A stretch of 32,879 bases of DNA. Origin: Octopus bimaculoides (Eukaryota). The notes beneath the pieces were generated by a model. The model saw only the letters and a program-made list of their open reading frames with translations, had not been told where the DNA came from and searched no databases. Within the stretch, counting starts at the first letter, position 1; every line of letters starts with the position of its first letter. Position numbers and translations under genes: made by a program. Below are positions 11,408 to 23,630 of this stretch, piece after piece. The stretch lies in NCBI RefSeq assembly GCF_001194135.2, contig NC_068988.1, positions 58,942,142 to 58,975,020 of the forward strand, written 5' to 3'.

Positions 11408-13131
11408 TTCTCATGGATGACTTAAAACAGTATGGGCAAGATAATAAGGAGCTTATAGTCCAATTACCTACTGATAGATTTAATTGAGAACATCTGGATG
11501 AAGTTTGGTCTTCATAAATGTTCTAAGGTCACTTTCCAGAAATGGAAATTGAAGATCTGATATTCAGTCCTGATGTATGTTGGTACATTATAAAAGAATT
11601 TGGCAAGAACAAACGTCCAAATATCTCCCAAGAAGAGATATCGCTCGCATTCCACAAGGAAGTATGAAAGAGATCAGAAAGAAATGTCGCAGGAGAGTTC
11701 GTGCAGTTCTGGAATCTGAGCTAGATGCACGTAACAAAACGCCATAAATTTCTTCTAGTTTCAATATGTTGAACTGGAAGAGCATCAACATAAAGATAAT
11801 AGACAGGAAAATTGGTAAGCTGTTGACTTGCAGTATGATGCACCACCAAAATGCAGACGCAGACCACATTTAACTTCCATGAACTCAAGGAGGCCGATGC
11901 GTCATCCAATTTGAATTCTAAAAATATAACCACAAATATACTGGCTAACTATCTTGAAACGCATAGCGACTGTATGCTAAAACTCATTTAATATTACGAG
12001 AGGGAAAGATGCTTCACTCTGTTATGAAGGAGAGCAAAGATTTTGCTACTGTATCCGTGCATATTACTCAGATTGAACAACATGATTGAAGGGCGGCATA
12101 TGTTCTTGCAAAGAATGTGAAATCATAGGCAATGAAAAAATTGTATACATAATTGGCTGATAAATGGGAAAAAAAACTTCTGCATGAGAAATATGCTTCA
12201 AACAATCTGATTCAGACCAGAAGCGCGCTCATCATTGGCTACGGAGCTCAGGGATAAAGGTAGAGAGTGAAATCGTCATCATAGCAGTTCTAAATCAGAG
12301 CTTATTAACTCGGAACTGCCAAGTCAGGGTGATAAAAAATAGAGAAGATACAAAGTGCCGATACGGTACCGATGAGATTGAATCAGCAGACCACTTTGGA
12401 TGTAAGGTGTTAGCACTTGTAGAGTACAAATGGAGAAACGGCAGGAGTGACCAATGTCTACACTGTTTAATATGTCATCGTCATAAAATGAAAACTACTG
12501 ACAAATTGTATAAGCACCACTCCGAGGCAGTAACTGATGGAGAAAATGTAACGCATTTTGGGGATTTTATATCCAGATCGAACCATCAAATCTAAGAAAC
12601 CGAATATTGTTGTGAAAGATCAAACCAATAAATTCTAATTTTGATTGATATGAGCATTCCTTGTGTTCATAATAACTCGGAAAAATAATTTGACAGGCTT
12701 AGGAAATAAAAAGATTTCCTCATTGAAATCGACGAATATGGTCATCTCAAGACAGTTCCAATACCAATGATTGTAGAACTTGGAGTTATCAAAACAGAAA
12801 CTGAAAATTTATTTGGAATGATCCCTGGTTTACCATCCATGCAAGAAGTGCAAATGATTGTCCTAACTGGTATGCCACACGTATTGACAAGATCAGGGTG
12901 GCTTTGAATTTTCTCACCATCTTTCCCCTTTCTTTGATTACTGTTTTCATTTTTCTATTTTTTAATTTCTATTTTTCTTTTATTCGTTTTTCTTTTCCTT
13001 GTATTATCGTCCTTTCCGTTTTATTCTATGACATAACTTGATTTTGTAAATGAGCAAACTGATGTGTTTACAGCGAGTTTCTCTGCTCTAGGTGTCGGTA
13101 AGACATTCAGCAATAACTGGAAGGAAGATTG
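11407..13131 (+). mobile_element. R4/Dong-like retrotransposon, 5'-truncated copy 2 (more decayed)
   Basis: Starts at LMDDLKQYG (YMDD motif region). Then CRYGTDEIESADH..GC knuckle, KPNIVVKDQ (RLE), IPGLPSMQEVQMIVLTGMPHVL, and a pyrimidine-rich 3' UTR. Confidence 0.82.
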
Positions 13132-13153
13132 AAATAATAATAATAATAATAAT

Positions 13154-13551
<398 letters not shown>

Positions 13552-14482
13552 AGGAAATTGTTCATTCAGTGTATTAATCAATAAAGTTAAAATAATGAAG
13601 GTCATCAAACTGAGACTTATTTATTAAATGTATGTTACTATTTGCTTTAATTTTGCCGCGTATATTAATTTTAATTACCTAATATGAATGTACATGGTTC
13701 TTTTTATCGATATAATTATCGATATAAGTACATAATATATTCCTGGATATCATTTCAGACATTCCACAGGAAATACAGAGCGCAAAGTTTATATTTTATC
13801 TTTCAGTGATTTAAAATTAGTGCTGCATGATTTTATTCTTTAATAAAAAATGAGATGTAATCTTTTTTTTATTTGAGACCTGAAATATATCAGAGGTTAA
13901 CTTTGTATTAGCAGCTATAGAATTGTTAAGGCAACTAATTTATACATTCAGTTATGGAAACTGAATAAATCCGTGTCAGAAGGATAAGCCCAAATTGCAC
14001 AATATTCATATGTATCCTCGGATGCAATTAAGTAATTTACTACTTTTTCTTTTCTTAATTGTCAGTAGATGATAAAATGCAATAATTAGTATTACGATCT
14101 ATACCCAGTATGATTTATAAATGGTCTTTCTGTATATAATTCAGTTAATCATGTTTCACTTAAAATCTCTATTAAGATAATTTGAAAATGCTTTCGTATA
14201 ACTTAATTTCGAAAGCAATAATTTCATGAAACAAACACCGGAAAAATCAATAAAATATAAAACTTTTGTTTGTTGAATTTCTATTTTAGTATTTGAAGAA
14301 ACGTCATATCTTTCTCATACACTGATTTCCCTGCGACTAAATTACCGAAGATTTGTAGGAACATTGTAACACTACAGGAAATAATCGGTCAAACATTTAT
14401 AGACATTAGTTTATGCAAGAAATAAAATTATGTGATAAAATATCGGATATTCTATAAATTATATATCATGAAAACTTCATAC

Positions 14483-14548
14483 CTGAGAAGCTACATTCAA
14501 TCCAAATACATCAGCAATTATGTTATTCGCCGTTTTTGCTCCATTAAC
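14483..14548 (-). CDS. M13 paralog B exon 6 of 9 (GENIAD-equivalent exon)
   Basis: ttttctacttgcAG|...|GTatga, 66 nt, phase 0 to 0. VNGAKTANNIIADVFGLNVASQ vs [22 protein letters not shown]. Confidence 0.92.
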
Positions 14549-14677
14549 CTGCAAGTAGAAAAAAGTTTCATCTGGATTGGATTCTTGTATTGAAGTTTAT
14601 CTACAGTGAACCTGTTGTAATCATTTCAACTATCCTGACAGGCATCATCTTTCAAACAATAATTATAAACAATTTTA

Positions 14678-14890
14678 AGGTGGTGAGCTGGCAACAACGT
14701 AAGCACCCCGGATAAATGCTTAGCGTATTTCGACTATCATTGCGTTCTGAGTTCAAATTCCGCCGAGGTCAACTTTGCCTTTCAACATTTCGGGTTCGAT
14801 AAGTTAAGTATCAGTTGCGTACTGGGGTCGATCAAATCAACTGGCTCCCTCCCCCAAATTTTCGAGCATTGTGTCTAGAAAATAAAAATT
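14678..14890 (+). mobile_element. tRNA-derived SINE, near full length
   Basis: GGTGAGCTGGCA A-box region, GAGTTCAAATTCC B box, body ...TACTGGGGTCGAT..., A-rich tail. Confidence 0.85.
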
Positions 14891-15069
14891 GTAAAAGAAT
14901 TTGACATATATTTGAATATTCTACAGAAGCCAATGCTTAGGAAATTTTATTTCAATATTTTGTAATATGGCATAATTACCAAGGTTTTAAACTCTCTATG
15001 GTTTACTTCAAGAAACAAGAACGGCGGAACAATATTTTTAACACAGCCCTCAAATGATTATTTAAGTAT

Positions 15070-15290
15070 TCTTTCTGAATACAATATACCAGCAAATAAA
15101 TTTGGAACACTCAGAGAATATAAATATTTGCTCATTAAAATCAATAACAAGTGGCATCTCAATGCAAGTAATACCAGTAACTGTTAGAATCATCCCTGGC
15201 TTACCATCATTACAACAAATGCAAAATTTTGCTTTAATCTGTACGTCATACGTATTGAGTAGAGCATGTCAACGTCTGAATTATTACCAC
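15070..15290 (+). mobile_element. R4/Dong-like 3' fragment
   Basis: VIPVTVRIIPGLPSLQQMQNFALICTSYVL resembles the IPGxPS..QK..L.GTAHIL end seen in the other copies. Confidence 0.55.
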
Positions 15291-15426
15291 CCGAATAAAT
15301 AATTTCTTTTTTCTTCTTTCTTTTTTTATTTTGCAAATGAACAATCTGGTGTGTTAATTTAGACCACCTATCAATGTATACAGTGAGTTTATTTGCACTA
15401 AATCTTACGCAGACGCGCGGTAAGTG

Positions 15427-15494
15427 TGGAAACAAAATTGGAAATGGAAACAAAATTGGAAATGGAAACAAAATTGGAAATGGAAACAAAATTG
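15427..15494. repeat. 18-bp minisatellite TGGAAACAAAATTGGAAA x3.8
   Basis: Three perfect units plus 14 nt. Confidence 0.95.
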
Positions 15495-15544
15495 AAAAAA
15501 AAAAGCAAATATATTACTTATAATCATAATATAAAAAAAAAGCT

Positions 15545-16425
15545 GCATTCTATCTCAGAGGCGGCATATAAATACAGACGAGTGCATATCAACTCTGATT
15601 GTAATGATGATAAGGAGGACACACCTCCCACTAAGGCAGCAAAAATGTGTAAAACAAATGCAAAAGAGGAAAGCTTGTAGGAAATATCGTGACTGTGACA
15701 AGAAAATACCATTGCATTGACAATACTTTAAGTGAGCTGGAGAAGCTGGTGTAGATATGAGAAGAATCCATCAGTGGCCGCACAGTGCTGGATTGAAAGC
15801 CGAAACTATGATTTACCCTAATGGCACAAGACCAGTCTCCTCACTCAGAACTCTCATACTAATGTACACAATGAAGTTGATACAAACTATGAACTCACTA
15901 ATGACAAACTTGGAAATATTGAGCACATTGTTGCCGCTTACTCAGTTTTTGCTCCTACAGAATATGAAACCAGACACGATCGATTTTGCTATAACTTCCA
16001 CTGCAGCGTATACCGCCAAGGAGATACCATGAACCCTAATAAATGGCATGATCACCTTCCAGAGTCAGTAACTGAGGGAGAGAATAGTACCAACGTATGG
16101 GGTTATTGGATATATGCAGACTGACTAATAAATATTAACAGAGAAGATATTGTAATCAAATACCTAGGGCACATATCATGCCAAAGGAATTTGAAAAACT
16201 GTCGAAATATAAGGAACTTGCGATTGAGATAGTCAGGACATGGCAATTAAAGATCAAAGACATCGCTCTTGCTGTAGGTGCCCCGGGAATTATAAAGAAA
16301 GTTAATGGCAAATTTCTTGATCAGATCTCTGCGAAACCAACAATGTATGGCACTCAAAAAATTGAATTGATATCAACCACCGCCGCTCCGATCATCCGCA
16401 TCATCTTATTCGGTCAAATACGAAA
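15545..16425 (+). mobile_element. R4/Dong-like retrotransposon fragment
   Basis: HQWPHSAGLKAET, NIEHIVAAYSVFAPTEYETRHDR, KEFEKLSKYKELAIEIVRTWQLK...VGAPGII. Confidence 0.8.
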
Positions 16426-16429
16426 TCCT

Positions 16430-17570
16430 AATTTTTGAGGATAAAACGGATTTGTACTGACATAGGGGATTACTAGAAACATGCAAACGCTTTTGTATGT
16501 CATTATGTCAAACGCGGTTACAGTGAATCACGTTTAAAGGAAATAGCAAATGAAATAGCTAAGATTAGCAAAGATAGTCAAACCTACACGCATAATTTTA
16601 GCAAGGACAATACAATAGATGACAGAATTCCTTTAGTGATTAGCTGGCATTTCAAAAGTTTTGCATGAAAGTTACCAGCATGTGGCGAAAAAATATCCTC
16701 GTTTCAAACAGATATTTCTTCAGCCGCCTATTGTAGCCTTTAGATGGAATAAGAATATAAGATAATTACTGACCTCTATATGTGACTGCAAGAAAACGAA
16801 CATTGGAGTATTTGCACGCTGTACCTTAAAGAACAGCCGCAAGAGAGGTAAGCCCTGTTCATTGTGCATGAGTGAAGAGAATTCTATCAGAAATCATAAC
16901 AGAAATGTTATGATTTATACAGAAGGGGGAACATGTAAAGATTCCCATTTGGTGTATGCTTTAGAATGCACGAAACACAACTTAATTTATGTTGGTTGTA
17001 CAACAGAACAATTAAACAAAAGGTTTAATGGGCACAGATTCGACGTCAGGCACAAAAAAAAAACCAGATAGTTCGACAGAACTTGCTGAACATTTCGTTT
17101 CAAGCGGGTGCAATTTTAAAGATCACTTGAAAGTGCATATTCTCATAAAATATTCTGAATCTGCTTCCTTCACTTTCAATTCTCAGAATGTATGAGGAGA
17201 AATATGTTTGCGGGTTATTAACATCACGCCCTGGAGGAATGAATAAGATGACAGGACAATATCATCAAATTTATACAAAACTGTTTGATTAAATATTCTT
17301 CTGTCTCTCTTTTACTTCCTTTTTTCAGTCGTCTTCTGTTTTCTATTTTTTCTGTCTTTTTCTTTTCGCCTGTTATAAAATCGTAACTTAAAGACTGATG
17401 ATGTCATTCCATCAACGTGTGGACGCTGGTTGCTCTCGTTCATACTTTACGTTTAAATTTCTGTAATTTTGAATTTTTATCGCTTCTTATTTCGAACTTG
17501 ACAAAGACAGACGTACTGTTGAAATATCGTTCAACTAATAAAATATCTTACAATCGAATTGCGCTCTTCG
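16430..17570 (+). mobile_element. Penelope-like element 3' part (RT C-terminus, Cys-rich linker, GIY-YIG; Neptune-like layout)
   Basis: LRIKRICT...KRGYS, QPPIVAFR-like segment, C..KRGKPCSLC linker, HLVYALECTKHNLIYVGCTTEQLNKRFNGHRFDV (GIY-YIG), ELAEHF. Confidence 0.85.
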
Positions 17571-17577
17571 TCTTGAC

Positions 17578-17591
17578 TAATAATAATAAAA

Positions 17592-17645
<54 letters not shown>
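17578..17645. repeat. (TAA)n microsatellite
   Basis: Direct repeats. Confidence 0.95.
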
Positions 17646-17646
<1 letters not shown>

Positions 17647-19515
17647 GGTCTAAGTATGGCCTGGATCGATTACCGAGAGGCTTTTGATAGTATTCCCCAC
17701 ACATGGATCCTAGAAACACTAGCCACGAACAAGGTAGCACTAATAATCATAAAATATATAAAACGTTCCATGAATAAATGGCTGGCAGTGCTACAACTCC
17801 AGACAAAAGGGGACTCATAAAAACCAAAGCCGAAGAATATTGCAGGAAGATAGGCTCTCTCCATTGCTTTTCTAGTTGGCACTGACATCTTTATCTGACA
17901 TGCTAAACAGAATTGAATGTGGATAAAAATGTTACGGCAAAACAATTAGCCATCTCTTGCATGTAGATGTACTCTACAAACGATAAATTGTACGCTACAT
18001 ATGATAAACAACTGGAAACATTAACACAGATATTAAATGGCTTTACCAAAGAAATAAACATGAAATTTTGCTTCGAACAATATGTGAAATCAACCTTGAA
18101 AAGAGGGAAATTAGTTAAGAGTAGCAACATACCACTAAATAAATCAAATGAAATAAGACAATTAGACCAAAGCCAGACATACAAATACTTAGGAACCAAT
18201 GAATCATATACGATACAACACCTAGAAATGGAAGAGAAGATAAAAAAATGAATGCTATGGACGAATTAGATTAATACTGAAAGCAGAGCTCAATTGGAAA
18301 AGCAACACCGTAGTCGTCCCAGTTGTAAGTTACATCTACAATATTCTTAACTGGACTCTAAATGAACCAATTATAATAGACATGAAAACTCGAAAAATAA
18401 TAACAGGATTTAGGATGTATCGTCTAAAATCTGACACAGAAATGTTTTACATACAACGTATCGAAGGTGGTAGAGGCCCTATACAGCTAGAAAATAACCA
18501 CCATAGGACTACAGAATTACCTACTTCAGAAGCAAGGAAAAATAATACAAATAACCACAAAACACGAACAAAATGAAAAACTATTTTTAGTCTTTAAGGA
18601 AGCTAACAAATATAAAAAGAAGCCATAGTATCTAACAACTATGAAGAAAAAGAAGAAATAACGAAAGCTGTAAAACAAATGAAATCGAAACTAAAACTGG
18701 AACAACAACGAATAATGATAAAATTAGGGCAAGAAAAGTCGCTTCATGCCAAAATTGGGTTAAGCTAAACAGAAAAGAAATACACAAAGCAAAATCCCAA
18801 CAATGAATGAGAAGCTCAGGACTCAAAGCAGAGACTGAATGATTTTTAACTGCAGCACAAGATCAAATCCTTCCGGCCACAAATCACCAAAATCACTTAA
18901 TGGAAAGAAATGCAAGTAAATGCAGAATATGTTGTGATGGAGAAGAAGCAATAAATCATATTGTTTGTGGCTCCTCAGTCCTGTCTAAGACACGACAGAG
19001 TTGGGAAGCTATGACAACACTATGGAATAACAACAGAAACAAGATGGTGTAGGTATGTCGGTAAAGGTAACAGAAAATGAGAAAGCAACAATATTCTGGA
19101 ATATGCCAATATATACAAATAGAGAAATTAACGCCAATAGTCCGGATGAAGTTGTCAGAAATCATCACGAAAAAATGTTCTCTTATTGATGTATTAATAC
19201 CAACAGATGACAATGTTTCTCTAAAAGAAACAATAATTTGGAAATAGAGAATACAATGATTTGGAAATATAGATAACTTGAATGTGGAACCTAAAAATAG
19301 AAACAATTCCTATCATAGTAGGCGCATTAATTATGATAAAAGAAAACAACATTCAGACAAATACATAACAATACATACTAGGCACCGCACACTTCCTACT
19401 TAAACCATTTAAAATACAATCGCAATAAAGGCACAACAAACCACATCACATACCCAAGGCACACAGAGCCGCGCTCGGTAGTGCAGTGAATGCATGGATT
19501 AAAAATAAGACTACT
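17647..19515 (+). mobile_element. R4/Dong-like retrotransposon, longest copy (RT to 3' end), degenerate
   Basis: LSMAWIDYREAFDSIPHTWI (RT), YKYLGTNE, YIQRIEGGRG, SSGLKAETE, CRICCDGEEAINHIVCG (CCHC), ANSPDEVV (RLE), LGTAHF; (TAA)n on both flanks. Confidence 0.9.
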
Positions 19516-19551
19516 TAATAATAATCACCAGATAAAAATAAATCACCGGAT

Positions 19552-19625
<74 letters not shown>
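19552..19625. repeat. (TAA)n microsatellite
   Basis: Direct repeats. Confidence 0.97.
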
Positions 19626-19628
<3 letters not shown>

Positions 19629-19682
19629 TAACACGGCATTTTATGTTTTAATGGTAATAAATAAACACTTGGAAGGACTTAC

Positions 19683-19801
19683 ACTTGTACTTTGTGATAC
19701 ATTTTGACGTCGAGTGAAATTATTAATGATATAATTCGTCAAGTTTTGGTAACTTATGTAGGAATATTCACTCATCCACAAACCCTTAGAGTAGTTGTTG
19801 C
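19683..19801 (-). CDS. M13 paralog B exon 5 of 9
   Basis: ctttcattctAG|...|GTaagt, 119 nt, phase 1 to 0. (G)NNYSKGLWMSEYSYISYQNLTNYIINNFTRRQNVSQSTS, in frame with both neighbours. Confidence 0.87.
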
Positions 19802-20134
19802 CTAGAATGAAAGTGATAACATTTTAAAGCATTTGAATTACTGATTCTGTTGTTAACTGGCGAATTTATTGGTTTTGATATTTTACTTCTATCAAGCAGA
19901 ATAATAAGTCATAAGATAAATATTTTGTTCTATCAGAGACTACTGCATGCATTTTAACGACGTCTATATACACAGTAATTCAATATGCAACCATAATATA
20001 CTCCGAAGTATATTAATAGTTTTTATAAGTCAATAGTTTGTTCCAATGTGTTACCAGTTTATCTCTCGTTAATCTTATCTCTACATATTTTCTGTAGAAA
20101 TTATTGCAAGCACTGACTTTGTTGCGGCGTTTCG

Positions 20135-20340
20135 TATCCGCACATTTATCGAGGCCAAACTGCATCCTGATGTCATCACTGAATTGTTTAACAATCGCTA
20201 GTAAGCCCTTGAGTTCTTAGTCATATTTTGCAAAGATCTTTAAATCATCCATGTAAATGAGATGATTTATATTTTTATCAAACATTATATAACCGCACTG
20301 TACATCATTGGGCAATTTTGAGAGAGGTATTAAGGCTAGA
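20135..20340 (-). mobile_element. R4/Dong-like RT fragment (YMDD region)
   Basis: LALIPLSKL...NINHLIYMDDLKIFAK..ELKGLLAIVKQFSDDIRMQFGLDKCA. Confidence 0.88.
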
Positions 20341-20728
20341 GTAGTGGTTCATAGTGGGTCACTGTTGGGGGTTGTCCCCACATAATATAGAATCAGGTAG
20401 GATACTATAGTTACGTTCGATATATATCTAAACACTTGATATATATCATAGTGCAAGGGAAGTAATTGTTATATGAGTCTAGAGGAATTGCTGGTATCAA
20501 TTGGATCTATTTTGTAACATATTACATACCCTATAAGATAAATTTCCTTTGATCTGAGTATACAATGTCTCTTTAACGACCGATTATTTAACGAAAATAA
20601 AGAATGTCCATGAAATTATAACGTTTTAGGAAAGTACAATTTAAAAAAACATTTTAATTTCCAGTATATTTAATTAACCACACTTTCTGTTCAATTCAAA
20701 ACGATAAAAAAATACACTCAATTCTTAC

Positions 20729-20796
20729 CAGCAATCTCAAACTCACGAAATATTTCACGTCCAATTAAGAAGCCCAATCCACCAAAATTTCTTACC
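20729..20796 (-). CDS. M13 paralog B exon 4 of 9 (HEXXH-equivalent exon, reads REIFR)
   Basis: tttaatttcAG|...|GTaaga, 68 nt, phase 2 to 1. VRNFGGLGFLIGREIFREFEIA(G) vs [22 protein letters not shown]. Confidence 0.93.
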
Positions 20797-21209
20797 CTGA
20801 AATTAAAATAGATATCTATATAAGATAGTGTTGAATAAGTAGCTTCAGTTGGTTCACCTACTTAAATCGGAATAATATTTTGCAAATATCACTCTTATAA
20901 TATAAGTATTAACAGAATGAAATTCTTGTAGAAAATTATGTTCAGTTGAGTATACAATCCACTCTTCAGCTACTCAGACACGTACACTTTATAAAATGCT
21001 CAGCCGAACGGTTATTCTCTACCGATGAAGGGAAATAACACTAAAACCGCAGTCCACAGATATTGCTCTGTGCTGGGGTGGGGATGTTCAACGCCCTGCT
21101 GGAGACAAAGTTTCCTGTCGCTAAACACAGTTTAACCGGGATTGCTTTAAAGTACTGCTGCTGTATGTCTCTCGTTGAGAAATTTAGAAATAATAATATT
21201 TCTTATATA

Positions 21210-22140
21210 CGGATATTTGACGGATATTTGTCCTCATCTTGTGGAAATTTCGAACCTGGGTTCTCATTCCTAACGTATTTTTCTATGTCGTTGTTGTTAT
21301 TATTGTTATTATTATCATCATTATTATTATTATTATTCAGGTCACTGCCTCGAATGGAACTCGGAATGTTGGGGTTAGTTGCCCGCGCTCTTAATCACTA
21401 CGCCATATGCCCGTAGGCAATTATGGAATGAGTTTTAGGGCTTATAAATCTAATATTTTCCTATCCTTCCGTAATACCGGTTCCCATATGCTATACATAT
21501 CTGCACTCAGTTTGCTTAGGAGGTTGTTGTGTCATAGCATATGTGCTGCTTCTTTTAGTTTTCGTATTTTCCAGTGGTATTCTCTGTTTATTATTTTAAC
21601 TTCATCTCAGAGGGTGATGTGGTTTCCATTTTTCTATACATGATCAGCTATAACCAATTTATCAATGTCTCCTCGTATCACAGCTTTGCGATATTGGTCT
21701 ACCCTTATTTTGATGGGGCGGTATGTTTCGCTTTTGTATAACCTACCACAGCTGCATGGGATGGAGTACATGCAGTGTTTGGTCATATTCTCTTCCATTG
21801 GTGGTTTTACTCGAAGGCGATATTTGTGAAGTGTTGTATTAGTTTTGAATACTGTCCTGGTGTCATATGGGCCACATATCTTTTGTATCTTTTCGCAGAG
21901 GCGTTTCACATAGCGTAGACAGACTGCGAACAGTTTATCGGTTTCATTCTCTCTTTTCTTCATAATTGGGGTGGATAGTATGTTTTTGGGGTAGTTGTTG
22001 CTTAATGGATTGTTATTGAGCTTGATCATTTCTTCGTGATGTGTATCACGATCGCTACTTACATTCATTGCTCGATGTTTTAGGCACTGAGCAATCCTTC
22101 TCTTTACACTTTATAGATGGTGGGAATTGAAGTTCAGATA
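21210..22140 (-). mobile_element. Penelope-like element, 5'-truncated (RT C-terminus, GIY-YIG, 3' terminal region)
   Basis: YLNFNSHH..., NNYPK, CMYSIPCSCGRLYKSETYRPIKIRV (GIY-YIG), ADHV, KIRKLKEAAHM. ORF ends about 21444, then tRNA-like segment, (AAT)n and terminal sequence. Confidence 0.9.
21337..21412 (-). other. tRNA-like segment within the 3' region of the Penelope-like element
   Basis: GGGCATATGGCGTAGTGATTAAGAGCGCGGGCAACTAACCCCAACATTCCGAGTTCCATTCGAGGCAGTGACC: A box TGGCGTAGTGA, B-box-like GAGTTCCATTC; imperfect acceptor stem, so not a functional tRNA. Confidence 0.7.
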
Positions 22141-22700
22141 TTTCCGAAAAGATACAAAAGATATGCGGCTCATATGACATCAGGACAGTATACAAGAGTA
22201 ATACAACCGCAATCCCAAAAAAGATTACTCACCAGTGCCATATTACCCACCGAAAATACAATCACACTAAACACATAATGCAACCGCTCTAACCACGGGA
22301 CTCGTATCTACCGCTTTGAAGGGCTCAACATATAAATCTAAGTCCGGTCCAACTTGTACTATAAATCACTTGGCCTGTGCATCGAAGAAATTAATCTATG
22401 TTCTCAAATGTGGAGGGTGTGATGGAAACTACATGGGTCAAACTAGTTTAACACTGAGGGACAGACCTATGGTATACAGGCAAAAATCCTGGACTGCACA
22501 ACGAAGAAAATTCCTGTAAGCAAACTCCTAGACCAATGCCTTACAAACAAAAACCAGAAATACTATATCTTCCATCTTAATCAATCCACCGGAAACACTT
22601 CAACCCAATTCTGTTTGAATAAAGAGTGCATGCCCATTAACAAATATAAACCGCTAAAAATAAAAGGGATAAAAAAACACAATTTCTCCTTAAAAGAAGA
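22141..22700 (+). mobile_element. Penelope-like fragments: inverted 63-bp copy of the neighbouring element, then a different GIY-YIG fragment
   Basis: 22145-22207 encodes EKIQKICGSYDIRTVYKSNT; 22316-22519 encodes KKLIYVLKCGGCDGNYMGQTSLTLRDR. Confidence 0.75.
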
Positions 22701-22789
22701 CAACAACCAGATACAACAGATATAATTAAAAAAAAAAAACTTTAGTAACTCACTTCCACTTGGGTTTCGAAACCGCAACTCCACTTCAC

Positions 22790-23340
22790 CATACAATAAC
22801 ACCATACAAACACTAGTTGCTGATGTTACCTATCTCTAGACCAATGAAATTTTATCTCTGATCAAAATCGGACTTGGAAAATAAAGCAAGATAACCCTTT
22901 AAGAGAATCAACCAATTGGACCGGCTGAAGACCGTTCCCTACGGGTAAGTAAATCAGGCAAAATATCAAACTTGACCACCAGAAACGATAAAAAGTTATT
23001 AGTACTTTAACGTATCAAAAATTAGATCCGTTCACGGAAAAAAATTATAAATACACTTGATTCCCTTGTTACAAGAATCAAGTTTGCGTAAGTATCACAT
23101 TTACGAAGAAGGATTTACTGCTATGATGTTAAACGTACTGTTCATCGTCAAAGAGAAGGCCGAAGAAAAGAAGCTATTCTGGAAATTTAGGGAAAGTATT
23201 GTAGGTAAATGTAGGTAAGTGGAAAGCTTCTGAACAAGATCTTGTCCATGGTTAACAGTTTTTGAAATATCCATGAAACCACAGTGATACGACGACTGAG
23301 AGAAAATGTAAATACAAAATTTTCTTGATATTGTTCTTTT
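22790..23340 (+). mobile_element. Decayed retroelement debris (Penelope-like N-terminal piece; RTE-like RT piece)
   Basis: TYQKLDPFT (PLE-like) near 23010; VSGKLLNKILSM (RTE-like) near 23220. Confidence 0.35.
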
Positions 23341-23630
23341 CATTAAAATAACAAATTAAAATGAGTAATTAACTTTTTGTGTAACATCTACACTCGATAC
23401 TCCTGATGTGGATATATTCAATTACTAATAAACAAACCAAACATTACTGACAAGTAAAGCAATCTATTCAATGAGAGTAACTAAGTAAACAACACTTCCT
23501 ATTTGTTGTTAAATATGATTACGTTTAAACGATTAGAAGATAATGCGGAACAAAATATATTCCCAGCAAAGAACTGTGAAACCACAGAATCTTCGATTAA
23601 TGATAATTAGTGCACTGTTAATGTACTTAC

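Noticed and set aside
17395-17425. CTGATGA after the Penelope ORF, where a pLTR hammerhead is expected
   Set aside because: Stem II partner and GAAA are missing; at best a deleted relic.
22925-22950. CTGAAGA-CCGT(tccct)ACGG hairpin
   Set aside because: Followed by GTAA rather than GAAA, with no stem I or III pairing.
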